From the NCBI GenBank assembly GCA_039796815.1, contig JBDKJC010000001.1, positions 1 to 38,846 of the forward strand: 38,846 nucleotides of DNA, written 5' to 3'. Positions 1 to 9,696 of this stretch are shown here, piece by piece. The stretch comes from Cyanobacteriota bacterium. Its GTDB lineage: Bacteria > Cyanobacteriota > Cyanobacteriia > Cyanobacteriales > Xenococcaceae. The notes below the pieces were generated by a model. It saw only the letters and a list, made by a program, of their open reading frames with translations. It did not search any database and was not told the origin of the DNA. Both the position numbers and the translations under genes were made by a program. Numbering within the stretch: position 1 is the stretch's first letter; each line of letters opens with the position of its first letter.

Positions 1-21
1 CTTCTATAAAATCGCTCAATC

Positions 22-249
22 ATGGCAACTGAAGAAATCAAAATTCGCGTCGATCTTGAGACAGCTAAAGCTTTTAACTCTATTCCCACTTCAGAGCGTC
101 AGAAATTAGAACTTTTACTAAATCTTAAATTGAAAGAATCTTTAAGTAATAGCGATTCTCTCTTGAAAATTATGGATGAAATTAGTCAGGAAGCTATAAA
201 TAAAGGACTAACTCCAGAAATTCTTCAATCTCTACTTGAGGATGAGTAA
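22..249 (+). CDS. Putative antitoxin paired with the downstream PIN toxin
   Basis: 75 aa ORF with C-terminal 'IMDEISQEAINKGLTPEILQSLL', typical of small cyanobacterial partners of PIN toxins. Its 3' end overlaps the next start. Confidence 0.7.
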   Translation: MATEEIKIRVDLETAKAFNSIPTSERQKLELLLNLKLKESLSNSDSLLKIMDEISQEAINKGLTPEILQSLLEDE

Positions 250-646
250 TCTTTACGTTTTCGATACTAACGTTTTAGTAAGTGCTTTGTTATTTACTAA
301 TTCTTCACCGAGAAAAGCTTTTGAACTAGCTTTAGACATTGGCAAAATACTGATCTCCAAAGAGACAGTAGATGAACTAAATCAGGTATTAAGTCGCCCT
401 AAATTTGAAAGATATATTTCACAGCCAAAGCGAGAACGTTTTTTAGTTGATTTTGTCCAAAAATCCGAGTTAATAGAAATTCAAGAAAAAATAGACGAAT
501 GTCGCGATCCAAAAGATAATAAGTTTTTGGAATTGGCTATTAATGGTAAGGCGACGGCAATAATTAGCGGAGATAAGGATTTGTTGATTTTACATCCATT
601 TCGGTGTATTCCTATTGTCACAGTTAGTCAATTTCTTGATTCTTAA
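242..646 (+). CDS. PIN-domain (VapC-like, PIN_3 type) toxin
   Basis: Motifs 'VFDTNVLVSA', 'CRDPKDNKFLELA' and 'IISGDKDLL'. ATG at 242 overlaps the upstream gene (the ORF track starts at 236). Confidence 0.9.
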   Translation: MSNLYVFDTNVLVSALLFTNSSPRKAFELALDIGKILISKETVDELNQVLSRPKFERYISQPKRERFLVDFVQKSELIEIQEKIDECRDPKDNKFLELAINGKATAIISGDKDLLILHPFRCIPIVTVSQFLDS

Positions 647-652
647 AAATTT

Positions 653-727
653 TCTTGACAAATTCTGACCAAAACTTGACTTCAACTCCAGAAAAGCTAC
701 ACAATTTTAAAAAAGCGTTTAAAAGCG
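653..727 (+). promoter_or_regulatory. Upstream/promoter region of TpsA-1, near-identical to 36606-36680
   Basis: TGAC at 656, 666 and 677; TTGACT(676)-N18-CACAAT is a possible -35/-10. About 75 bp conserved with the TpsA-2 upstream region. Confidence 0.55.
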
Positions 728-3700
728 ATGAAAAATAACTCTGGAGATCTAGCTTGGTATTTTATTTTCTTCAATAGCCTTGCAGCTATTGGAATCCTGG
801 TATTTAGCCCTAGTCAAGCTTTAGCTCAAGTTATCCTAGATAATACTTTGGGTGATGAAAGCTCGGTAGTTAATACTAGAGATGCCACCAGTGAGAGCAT
901 AGATGGTGGTGCAATCAGAGGACAAAATCTCTTTCACAGTTTTCAAGAGTTTAATGTTGGTGAAGATAGAGGGGTTTATTTTGCTAATCCTGAAGCGGTA
1001 ACTAATATCTTTTCTCGCGTTACAGGTAATGATGTTTCAGATATCTTAGGAACTTTAGGTGTCGATGGTGCAGCTAATTTATTTCTGATTAATCCCAATG
1101 GGATTATCTTTGGTGAAGGTTCGAGTTTAGATGTACAGGGTTCTTTTGCTGCCACTACTGCCGATGGAATAGAGTTTGGCGAACAAGGATTTTTTAGTGC
1201 TAGTGATCCTCAAGCACCACAATTACTAACGATTAATCCTTCTGCTTATTTATTTAATCAGGTTGCGCCTGGGGCGATAGTTAATAATTCTACAGCAGCA
1301 AATTCTAATGAGCTTTTTTCTTCAGGCTTAAGTTTACAACCAGGAAAAAACTTATCTCTTATCGGTGGAGATATCAATTTAAATGGTGGAATAATAAACG
1401 CAATTGAAGGAAAAGTGGAGCTTGGGGGATTATCAGCAGCAGGAAAAATTGAGATCAGCGAAAATAGTAGTTTAACATTTCCTGATGGCGTAGCTAGAAG
1501 TGATGTATCTCTGAGTAATCAGGCATCTGTCAATGTACCTGGTGATGGGGGAAGTATTGATGTCAATGCCAGAAATTTGAATTTATCAGGAACAAGTGGT
1601 CTTTTTACTGGCATTATTGGCGATTTTAGCGGAGAAGGAACAGTTGGAGGCGATATTAATATTAAGGCTACGAATGAAATTAGAGCTAGTCAAGAAAGTA
1701 CAATCGGAAGCCGAGTTTTTGAAAATTCTATCGGTGATGGTGGAAATATTAACATTCAGACAGGTTCTTTGATTTTAACTGAAGGAAGTCCAGTTACTGC
1801 TAGCACCGAGGGGAATGGAAATGCTGGTAATGTAACAATTAATGCTAGTGATACTATCTCTATTGATGGATTTGGCAATGAGGGAATTGCTAGTGGAGTT
1901 TTCAGCAACGTCAGTTCAGAAAATGCAGTAGGTAATGCAGGAGAAATTAAAATTACTACTGATGATTTAACTATTACTAATGGAGGAGTGGTTAATTCTG
2001 TTACCTTTGGGGAAGGCAATGCAGGGAAAGTTATCATTAATGCTACCGATTCTATTTTGATCGATGGAGAAGTTGAAGATCCATTGTTTAATAATGGTAT
2101 TTTTAGTGGAATAAATAGCAAAGCTAAAGGTAATTCAGGTGGCATTAAGATCAGTACCGATAATTTAACTGTTACCAATGGAGGTCGAATAAATGCAGGA
2201 ACTTTTGGACAGGGAGATCCAGGAAAAATTACCATTAATGCTTCTGATTTTGTTTACCTTGATGGTGGTCGTATTGAGAACCTAGTACAACAAACAGCTA
2301 AAGGTAATTCAGGCGGAATTGCGCTTACTACCGATAATTTAACTGTTATTAATGGGGGGGAAATTAATGCTAGTACTTTTGGAGAAGGAGATGCAGGGAA
2401 AGTGACCATTAACGCTTCTGATTCTATTTCCCTTGATGATGGTGGTATTGGTAGCGAAATAGTTAACACAGCAAAAGGTAATTCAGGGGGAATTGAAATT
2501 ACTACTGCTAACTTGTCTGTAGCTAATGGAAGTCTAATAAGTGCTACGACCCAAGGTAGTGGAAATGCAGGAAAAGTTACTATTAATGCTTCTGATTCTG
2601 TTTTTATAGTAGACAGTGGTAGTGGTATTGGTAGCTTGGTAGAACAAACAGCAAAAGGTAATTCTGGTGGGATTGAGATTACTACTGCTAATCTATCTCT
2701 GGCTAATGGAAGTCTAATCGATGCTAGTACCTTGGGTGAGGGAAATGCAGGGAAAATAACTATTAATGCTACTGATTTCGTTTCTCTTGATGGATTTAAT
2801 AGTGTTGTCTTTAGCGAAGTAGATGATACAGCTAAAGGTAATTCAGGTGGAATTGAGATTGCTACTGCTAATTTGTCGCTAACTAATGGAGGAAGCATCA
2901 ATTCTAATAGTTCTGGTAGCGGAAGTTCAGGCAAAATCTCGATTAACGCTGCTGATACTATTGTCGTAAATGGCAGCAGTATTTTCAATGCAATAAATGG
3001 AGAAGCAAACAGTAGTTCTCAAGGAATTGAGATTAAAACTACAAAATTATCTCTGATTAACGCAGGCTCAATTGATAGCAAAACCTTGGGGCAGGGGAAC
3101 GCAGGCAATATTAATATACAAGCGCAGTCCCTTTCTTTAGAAGATGGAGGAGTAATAAATAGCAGTACATCTGGTCAAGGTAATGCAGGAAAAATAACTA
3201 TTGATGTGGATGATGCAGTCACTATTACTGGTGTAAATAAAGATGTATCTGATTCTAGTCAAATTACCACAGAGACTTTTGGAGAAGGAGATGGTGGAAA
3301 TATACAAATTAAGGCTCAGTCGCTTTTTTTGGGAAGTGGGGGAGCAATAAATAGTAGTACTTCTGATCAGGGTAATGGAGGCGATATTACCATTGATATT
3401 GATGATCGCATCACTTTAAATGGTGAAAGTAAAAATAACTTTAGTAGTGGTATTATCGCTAGTAGTTTTCTTCCTAGTATTTTCTTGGAAATAGGAAATG
3501 GGGGAACTATTAAGGTTAATGCAAGATCGCTATTGTTGGAAAATGGGGCAAACATTAGCAGCTTTAGTAGTCTTTCTTTTGCAAAATCAGGAGATATTAC
3601 CATTGATGTAGATGATAGCATTATCTTAAGTGGAGAAAACAAAGATGGAGATGTAAGTACAATTAGCAATGATACGTTTGCAATACAAGAAGATGCGAAT

Positions 3701-4618
3701 GATATTAGGATTAGAGCGCGATCGCTTTCTTTAGCCAATGGAGCAGAAATTAGTAGTAGTAGCGACGTGATTGGATTCGCAAATGCAGGCAATATTACTA
3801 TTGATGTTGATGATAGCGTCATTTTAAATGGTATAAGTCAAGATGGATCTCCTAGTAGAATTGCCACTGATGCTTCTGGAGGCAACATAGGAGGCGATAT
3901 TAGGATTCAAGCGCGATCGCTCTCTTTAGAAAATGGAGCAGAAATTAGTAGTAAGCTTGACAGTGAATTAATAGATTCAGAGTCGGCAAGCGGTGAAGGT
4001 GGTAACATTAACCTACAAATTAACGATAATATAATCCTTCGCAACAGTGATATTTCTACTCAAGCTATTGACAGTGCTAATGGAGGCAATATTAATATAA
4101 CTGCTGATGGAGTCATTGCTTTTGATGATAGTGATATCTTTGCTTTCACAGCAGATGGAAAAGGTGGAAATATTAACTTAAATACTCCTGCTTACTTTGC
4201 TGAAAACTTTACTCTTAATTCTTTAACTGCTAATCCTGATTTTCTTGACAATAATTCTCGCGCCGATCTCAATGCCACAGGTGCAGTATCAGGTGCAGTT
4301 AACATTCCCGATGTCAGTTTTATTCAAAACGGCTTAACTAATTTACCTGATAACTCGATTAATACCAATGAATTAGTGGCTAATAGTTGCGTTTCTCCTG
4401 TGGGAAATAGACAAGAGGGCAAATTTGTTATTACAGGTAAAGGTGGTTTACCTGCTCGTCCTGGAAATGGCGATATCTCAGATTTTTCAACAGGAGAAGT
4501 ACGTAGTGTGCCTAGTAATAAAACTGGTTGGCAAAGAGGAGAACCCATTGTTGAACCTCAAGGGTTATATCATTTGGCTAACGGTAAGTTGGTATTAAGT
4601 CGGGAATGTAATAAATAA
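728..4618 (+). CDS. Filamentous haemagglutinin-family exoprotein (TpsA-1): TPS domain plus beta-helix repeats
   Basis: Signal peptide ending ALA|Q. TPS motifs 'NLFHSFQEFNV', 'NIFSRVTG' and 'LFLINPNGIIFG'. 58-60 aa G/N-rich repeats. Cyanobacterial C-terminal 'C...FVITGKGGLP...IVEPQGLY...LVLSREC'. Confidence 0.93.
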   Translation: MKNNSGDLAWYFIFFNSLAAIGILVFSPSQALAQVILDNTLGDESSVVNTRDATSESIDGGAIRGQNLFHSFQEFNVGEDRGVYFANPEAVTNIFSRVTGNDVSDILGTLGVDGAANLFLINPNGIIFGEGSSLDVQGSFAATTADGIEFGEQGFFSASDPQAPQLLTINPSAYLFNQVAPGAIVNNSTAANSNELFSSGLSLQPGKNLSLIGGDINLNGGIINAIEGKVELGGLSAAGKIEISENSSLTFPDGVARSDVSLSNQASVNVPGDGGSIDVNARNLNLSGTSGLFTGIIGDFSGEGTVGGDINIKATNEIRASQESTIGSRVFENSIGDGGNINIQTGSLILTEGSPVTASTEGNGNAGNVTINASDTISIDGFGNEGIASGVFSNVSSENAVGNAGEIKITTDDLTITNGGVVNSVTFGEGNAGKVIINATDSILIDGEVEDPLFNNGIFSGINSKAKGNSGGIKISTDNLTVTNGGRINAGTFGQGDPGKITINASDFVYLDGGRIENLVQQTAKGNSGGIALTTDNLTVINGGEINASTFGEGDAGKVTINASDSISLDDGGIGSEIVNTAKGNSGGIEITTANLSVANGSLISATTQGSGNAGKVTINASDSVFIVDSGSGIGSLVEQTAKGNSGGIEITTANLSLANGSLIDASTLGEGNAGKITINATDFVSLDGFNSVVFSEVDDTAKGNSGGIEIATANLSLTNGGSINSNSSGSGSSGKISINAADTIVVNGSSIFNAINGEANSSSQGIEIKTTKLSLINAGSIDSKTLGQGNAGNINIQAQSLSLEDGGVINSSTSGQGNAGKITIDVDDAVTITGVNKDVSDSSQITTETFGEGDGGNIQIKAQSLFLGSGGAINSSTSDQGNGGDITIDIDDRITLNGESKNNFSSGIIASSFLPSIFLEIGNGGTIKVNARSLLLENGANISSFSSLSFAKSGDITIDVDDSIILSGENKDGDVSTISNDTFAIQEDANDIRIRARSLSLANGAEISSSSDVIGFANAGNITIDVDDSVILNGISQDGSPSRIATDASGGNIGGDIRIQARSLSLENGAEISSKLDSELIDSESASGEGGNINLQINDNIILRNSDISTQAIDSANGGNINITADGVIAFDDSDIFAFTADGKGGNINLNTPAYFAENFTLNSLTANPDFLDNNSRADLNATGAVSGAVNIPDVSFIQNGLTNLPDNSINTNELVANSCVSPVGNRQEGKFVITGKGGLPARPGNGDISDFSTGEVRSVPSNKTGWQRGEPIVEPQGLYHLANGKLVLSRECNK
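2123..2850 (+). repeat. Intragenic tandem repeats in TpsA-1 (AKGNSGG unit)
   Basis: GCWAAAGGTAATTC recurs at 2123, 2297, 2471, 2651 and 2831 (periods 174, 174, 180, 180 nt). Confidence 0.85.
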
Positions 4619-4908
4619 AGCTTTCCCCCTGCACCCTGACTTTCAGATGTATGATTTTAACAATTAGCTTGTTTGATACATCAAATCTAAAAAACATAAA
4701 CTTGAAAGCTGCTCTCTGCACCCCTGCTGTCAACTTAGATCTGTCCGAAAATTGAATGTTTGTTTTTTTCTGCAAAGCAAAATGTCCAAAGATGTCAAAA
4801 CTCTGTCCCATAATTACTCAAATCTTGGCATAAATCCTACTTTTAATTGCTAGGTATGATTTGTATTCTGTAAGTAAATCAAATAAATACAGATTTTTGT
4901 TTATAACG

Positions 4909-5688
4909 ATGAGTAAAATCAACAAACAAAAAATGGTTCAGGCTCTACAAAATTTTTGGAGTAGCACTTTTTTAACTAGCTGCTTACTCTGTTTATTTCT
5001 AGGAGTAGCCAATACAGCCATTGCAGAATACAAAAAACCGCCAGGTACTCATAACGATGCTCCCAAGGAAGAGTCTACCACTATGACTGGCATTAGAGGT
5101 AAAGGTAGTTGTAGCGAACAAGCAATAACTAGGTTCACGGCTTTAGCTCCCTATAGCCACTCAGGGCAAAGTGCTAATAGTCATCCTACCTTTGCTTGGC
5201 ATATCCCCGATCCTGAATCTTATCCCGTTTTCTTTCGACTTTACGAATATGATGCTACCCAAAGAAACGGTAAAGGCAAAACCATTGCCAAAAAAACACT
5301 ATCGAGTACTTCAGGGATTATGACTTATGTTTTGCCATCAGATTCCCCCGGGTTAACAGCGGGTCAAAAATATATTTGGCAAGCGATTTTAGTTTGCAAT
5401 CCTAATAGTCCTTCAGAGTCTCTAGTAACAGGAGCAAGAATAAATATCGTCAACCCACCTTCGGGAATTATAACTCAGTCAAATAATACTAGCGAAGCCA
5501 ATCCCGCTGCCAAAGCCGATATTTATGCTCAGGCTGGTTTATGGTACGATGCTTTAGCTGAAGTGGTGAGCATACCGAATCAAGCTGTTACTACCAAGTT
5601 AATTAGGCAGCTTGCAGCACTTGAAGGACAAAATTACGCTAATGAATTAGAAAAGATTATCAAAGCTTCAATTGTAAGCGGTAATTAA
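4909..5688 (+). CDS. DUF928 domain-containing exported protein
   Basis: Hydrophobic signal region ending AIA|E, then 'GIRG..SC', 'HPTFAWHIP', 'YIWQAILVC' and 'AGLWYDAL'. ATG at 4909 preferred over TTG at 4861. Confidence 0.85.
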   Translation: MSKINKQKMVQALQNFWSSTFLTSCLLCLFLGVANTAIAEYKKPPGTHNDAPKEESTTMTGIRGKGSCSEQAITRFTALAPYSHSGQSANSHPTFAWHIPDPESYPVFFRLYEYDATQRNGKGKTIAKKTLSSTSGIMTYVLPSDSPGLTAGQKYIWQAILVCNPNSPSESLVTGARINIVNPPSGIITQSNNTSEANPAAKADIYAQAGLWYDALAEVVSIPNQAVTTKLIRQLAALEGQNYANELEKIIKASIVSGN

Positions 5689-5751
5689 AGAGGGTATTAG
5701 AGCCAAGTGCGGTGTCTTGAGGCAAGTTTATTTCTGATGAAACAGTATAAC

Positions 5752-5910
5752 TGTAGCGACCCGAAATGATAAATGCTTCGACCCGCAATAACGTCGTTTT
5801 TGAGACCACAATAAATGACACTATAAATGGCTCAAACCCACATTATTTAACAATAGACCCAGATTATTCTGACACTAGCCCGAAATAACCCCCTTCGACC
5901 CACATTAAGT
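5752..5910 (+). repeat. Transposon end with an array of transposase-binding sites
   Basis: TGTAGC then about 7 direct copies of a GACCC(G/A)nA(A/T)TA-like motif at 5758, 5780, 5803, 5835, 5856, 5877 and 5897 (mostly 20-23 bp apart). Confidence 0.7.
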
Positions 5911-5924
5911 ATCAACAGGCTTTC

Positions 5925-6590
5925 TTACAGAGGAATACCGATTTTGAGAATTTGATCTCTCATGTCTTGTATTTTTTCTGGAGGAAGTTGATTGTAAAGA
6001 AACGAACGTACATCGGCAGGTTTGACATTAAGTAACCTGGCAATGGATCTAACGTTGTACCCATGTCGAATTAAATTAGGTTCAAGGTCATCTAACCCAA
6101 TAGCCAAAACGGTTTCCATAAATTCAGTAGTAATCGGTTTAAGCCCCACCTGATAAGCTTCATTCATCGCCAAGGTAAGATATTGCTCGATCTGTAATGG
6201 TGTAGATAATCGTTGACTCAAAAAGTTAATAGTTTCCGATTCTAAAATGTCCGTAGGTTGAACCTTTTCTTTGGTTGCTTGAGTCAAAAGCCAATTAATA
6301 TACTCGGATTGATTTCCTCGAATACCCTCTAGGGCGAAAGCCTGAGTGCGACCGCCAATTTCTTCCAATGTCGGTCTCCTCAAATCATTTTTTAGCTTGG
6401 GATGTCCTGCCAAGATGACACTTAACCTTTCTCCATTACTGCGTACCAGTTCAATTAACTTTTTGAGGCTAACCAAAGTGGTACTATGCAATCCGTGAGC
6501 ATCATCCACAAACAAAGCGACAGGAGAACGAGCCTTTTTAATCAGTTCGAGAAGCAAACGCTCTCTTTTTTCTGAATTAGAAGGAACTTT
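5925..6590 (-). pseudogene. ExeA/AAA_22 transposition ATPase, 5'-truncated and fused in frame to the transposase C-terminus
   Basis: Walker B 'ALFVDDAH' and 'LAGHPKLKNDLRRPTLEEIG' are present but there is no Walker A. The sequence switches abruptly at 'KPLAKLT|KVPSNSEKRE'. Confidence 0.8.
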
Positions 6591-7458
6591 GGTTAGTTTC
6601 GCTAATGGCTTGACTAAGTAATGAGCAATAGCTTTTTTAGCTTCAATGGCATTCTTAAAGGTCAATTCTTCAAAGGGGTCTGGATCGACAAAAGAACGAA
6701 CGGGAAAGGGAATAACATTCTCTGCAACCACTGGTAACTCGACTTTACCAATGGCAGAAGCAGGAAGAGATAACTGAGCAGCTATGTGTTCGATGCGGTC
6801 GGCTCTCTTTTGAGTATTGGTTTTCTTGAAACTGCGATAACTATTAATGGGTATGGGTTTGCCGATAGGTGCGTAAGGGCCATAACGATGCTCTTGATAT
6901 TCCACATACAGTTCACTATCAAATAGTCCCCACCACAAAATTACTTTTTCTCCTGCTAAATCTGGTTCAACTTCATAAGCTACCCCATCTATAGTAATTC
7001 GCGCATCTAAACCTACTTTGCGCTTTTCAGGTTCTCGGGCAAAAGTACAAATGTTTTAGGTAACGATTGACAGTTGTTTTTTTTAGTAACTCAGGTGGGG
7101 CTTGAAGATGACCATTATCTGTATTGATGCCATGTTCTTCTAACAATCTAATTGCCTGTACTGTAGACAGATGGCGACCTTGATTATTGCTAGTTCTAAC
7201 TTTTAAGGCAGCAATTATCTCGCAATAGCGTAATAAGTCTTGTTTGGGCATAACCCGCGTTTGCCCATAATCAGTTCGGCGCACCGAATGAGGTAAAGTG
7301 TGGTGGCGTAAGTTACGATAAACTGTCTCAGGAGAAACCCCATATAGTTCGGCGGTATCTTTAATTAACGTCCGTCTTTGGGGACTGCGCTTGGGCCATC
7401 TTTCTAATCTTTGGCGCAGTTCAATAATGGTTTCTAGAGGAATACTGGTTTTTCTCAT
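6591..7458 (-). pseudogene. DDE (IS481/rve-like) transposase with the catalytic core deleted
   Basis: The N-terminal HTH part (7458 to about 7053, ending 'TTVNRYLK') is joined out of frame to the C-terminal part 'CTFAREPEKRKVGLDARITIDGVAYEVEPDLAGEKVILWWGLFD'. Confidence 0.8.
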
Positions 7459-7464
7459 ATTCCT

Positions 7465-7937
7465 CTAGTGGTGGCTTTTCGATTTGGATAATTGATTTCT
7501 CTCTAGCCAATAGTAAAGAGTTGACGGAGCGCAATCGACCAACTTAGCAATCGAACGTTTGCTAATTCCCTTATCTAGATACATCATTATTTCTGGTTTT
7601 CTGGGGTCTAGTTTGAGCTTGGCTGACTGTCTGCCCTTGGGTCTTCCCAGAGGCTGTCCTGACGCTTTTCTTTTAGCTAAAGCTTCCTTGGTTCTCATGG
7701 AGATTAGTTCCCGTTCTATTTCTGCTGCTAATCCCAGCACTGTAGCGGTAATGCGACTGGGTAAATTATCATCGAGAACCATCTGTTGCTTGGCGATGTG
7801 AACTGTTAGTTCTCGCTGCATACAGCATTCAAGGATTTCTAGTACCTGTAGGGTGGAGCGGGCCATACGGCTAATTTCTGCAAAGACAATTAAATCTCCT
7901 GCTATCGCAGTCTGAGTGAGCAATTGTCCTAGTTCGC
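7465..7937 (-). pseudogene. Serine recombinase (resolvase), N-terminally truncated
   Basis: 'GDLIVFAEISRMARS', 'AEIERELISMRTKEAL', 'LGRPKG' and a C-terminal HTH. The catalytic YxRVS motif is missing; the frame extends only to 'RELGQLL' at about 7937. Confidence 0.85.
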
Positions 7938-9068
7938 GGTCGAGCCTCTAAGCTTAGCGTTTGATGCAGTTACAGTTGAGCCATCAATTGTATAACCAAT
8001 AGACCATCTCTCTTCTGGAGAACCTGGCATAAAATAGTCTGTGCGTAAATCTTCGCCCAAATTAAAGCCATCAAGATCTGCTATTATTCCAATTCGATTC
8101 CTAGCATTGGTTCCGTAAAAATTATTTGGTTTGAAAGTAGTTGAACCAAAAGATCCCGATGAATTGATTCCTAATTCTAAGTAAGTGCCACCCAAAAATA
8201 TTTCATCATTGACTGTCGCGCTTCGAGGACTGCTGAGTGAGGATCTTTCAATTGATTGCTCTTTTCCCTTTAGCAATACAGTCGTACTGTCATCTTCATT
8301 TTGTAGTTTTTTAAGTTCTTCAGGTTCTATCTTTTGGTCCAAGGTCAAAGCTGCAAAGATTGCTCCTTCATCCCCAGGAGTATCGGCTTGATTAATTCTC
8401 TGGTCTAGATAATGACCGATTTCTTCTAAAATTACCCCAGTTACTTTATCAATATCGCTGCGTTCTAAAAATTCTTCAGCCAGAAAAATCTGATTATTTG
8501 ACTGGGAATACCCACCCCTGGCACCGAGGCTCGCTTCGGCAACTAACTCAAATTCAATTTTTGCTTCGCCATTGATGATGCTTGATATTTCTTGTCGCGC
8601 TTGGTTTAAATTGTTGGCTTTACCGAAAGCCTGGTCAATGGTTACTGCCAAACTGTCACTAGTTTGTAATTTTTGTAAGGAAGCGATCGCCTGTTTTAAT
8701 CCCAGATAAAATATCCCTTGAGCATTGTTTTTGACCGTGTTAGGCTCGGGTTTAGCTGTATTGCTATTTGCTTCTTGTTTCCAATCGTCATTTTCAATTG
8801 CCGTATCACCGATAGATGCACCAGTCAGCTCGTCTTCAGTTTTAAAGACTTTAAGTTCCTTATTCGGGATAAAATAGGAAATAGTTGGCGGAAACAGAGA
8901 ATTATCCTGATAGTCTTCCCCAGACGACAGTTCTATCCCTAGATTGTCTATATTTGGTAGGGTATTCCCCAAAGATTCCGCTTCTACCAAATTATCTAGG
9001 TCAAACAGGGGTAAAGCTAGAAACTGCTCTTGCTCAATAATTAGGGGATTATTCTCTGTATTTTCCAT
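7929..9068 (-). pseudogene. N-terminal fragment of a large cyanobacterial surface/secreted protein
   Basis: 'VILEEIGHYLD..IN..DTPGDEGAIFAAL' is typical of the N-terminus of giant cyanobacterial surface proteins. The ORF stops within the resolvase junction. Confidence 0.65.
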
Positions 9069-9127
9069 TGTGGCGCTGGGATATCTTACTGAAATATTGA
9101 ATTTAAAGGATTAAACGCACAAATAGC

Positions 9128-9159
9128 CGAACTTTTCAAAAATCTCCGAGAAAAGTTCG
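9128..9159. terminator. Inverted repeat / possible terminator
   Basis: CGAACTTTTC-N12-GAAAAGTTCG, a 10 bp perfect stem downstream of the minus-strand ORF ending at 9193. Confidence 0.4.
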
Positions 9160-9192
9160 ACTGACTAATTTATGTAAGAAAATAGCTACTAT

Positions 9193-9696
9193 CTAGGCAA
9201 CAGCAAGTTCTCTTTTTTTACTATTTTTAGGCTCTCGCTCTTGCTGAAGTTTACCAACTACTTCTGTATAAATATCTAGATCTTGTTGCCAGTTAGTGAT
9301 AGCTGAATTTAGTTTTGGTAGAACTTGTTCTAATTCCAAAGCACTTAAATCATAGTTAAAATTACCGCTAAATAACACGATGGGAGCTTGAGCGGAATCG
9401 GGTAATTTCAATCCAGCTTCATTAATACTAAGACTTAGCTGTTTATCTTCGTAATCAAAGACTAAATTCAATCCCGCTTTCACTGGCTTGGTGCCGCAGT
9501 TTTGCCATTCTCCAGGTTGAATAAAGTTATCGATTAAATAATTGTTTTCCTCTACCGTAGTATTTGTACAGGTGGTGTAACCTCTAAAGTTAATCCCTAC
9601 CGCTTGATACTCGATTGTACGGAGAATTTCACTATAGCGGTTAGCTATTTGAGGAATTTCGGCATTCTTAATATCTCTGCGATCGCTAGCTAAACG
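9193..9696 (-). pseudogene. Conserved cyanobacterial hypothetical protein, 5'-truncated
   Basis: The reading frame stays open upstream of the GTG at 9483 ('EIPQIANRYSEILRTIEYQAVGINFRGY...') to a stop at about 9697, with no start codon. Confidence 0.55.

Larger units (their letters stand above)
5752..7937 (-). mobile_element. Decayed Mu/Tn7/Tn552-like transposon (serine resolvase, DDE transposase, ExeA-like ATPase)
   Basis: TGT terminus at 5752 followed by repeated binding sites. Three gene remnants lie in operon order on the minus strand. The other end is absent. Confidence 0.75.

Noticed and set aside
1756-4548. Minus-strand ORFs inside TpsA-1 (1756-2235, 2254-2988, 3367-3822, 4324-4548) and similar ones in TpsA-2
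   Set aside because: Shadow ORFs: P/L/I-rich antisense translations of GGN/AAT-rich repeats, with no independent motifs.
4625-4730. CCCCTGCACCCTG / CTCTGCACCCCTG pair after TpsA-1
   Set aside because: Two short imperfect copies resembling common cyanobacterial short repeats; not enough to call a feature.
728-5688. Contact-dependent inhibition (CdiA/CdiI) pair
   Set aside because: No VENN/pre-toxin motif or toxin tip. The downstream gene is a conserved exported DUF928 protein about 290 bp away, not a small immunity gene.
5925-6938. 337 aa ORF as a novel intact transposase-ATPase fusion
   Set aside because: No real start and no Walker A; better explained as an in-frame deletion joining two pseudogenes.
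5752-7937. CRISPR-associated transposon (CAST)
   Set aside because: No Cas12k, Cascade, TniQ or CRISPR array. The end repeats are short degenerate binding sites.
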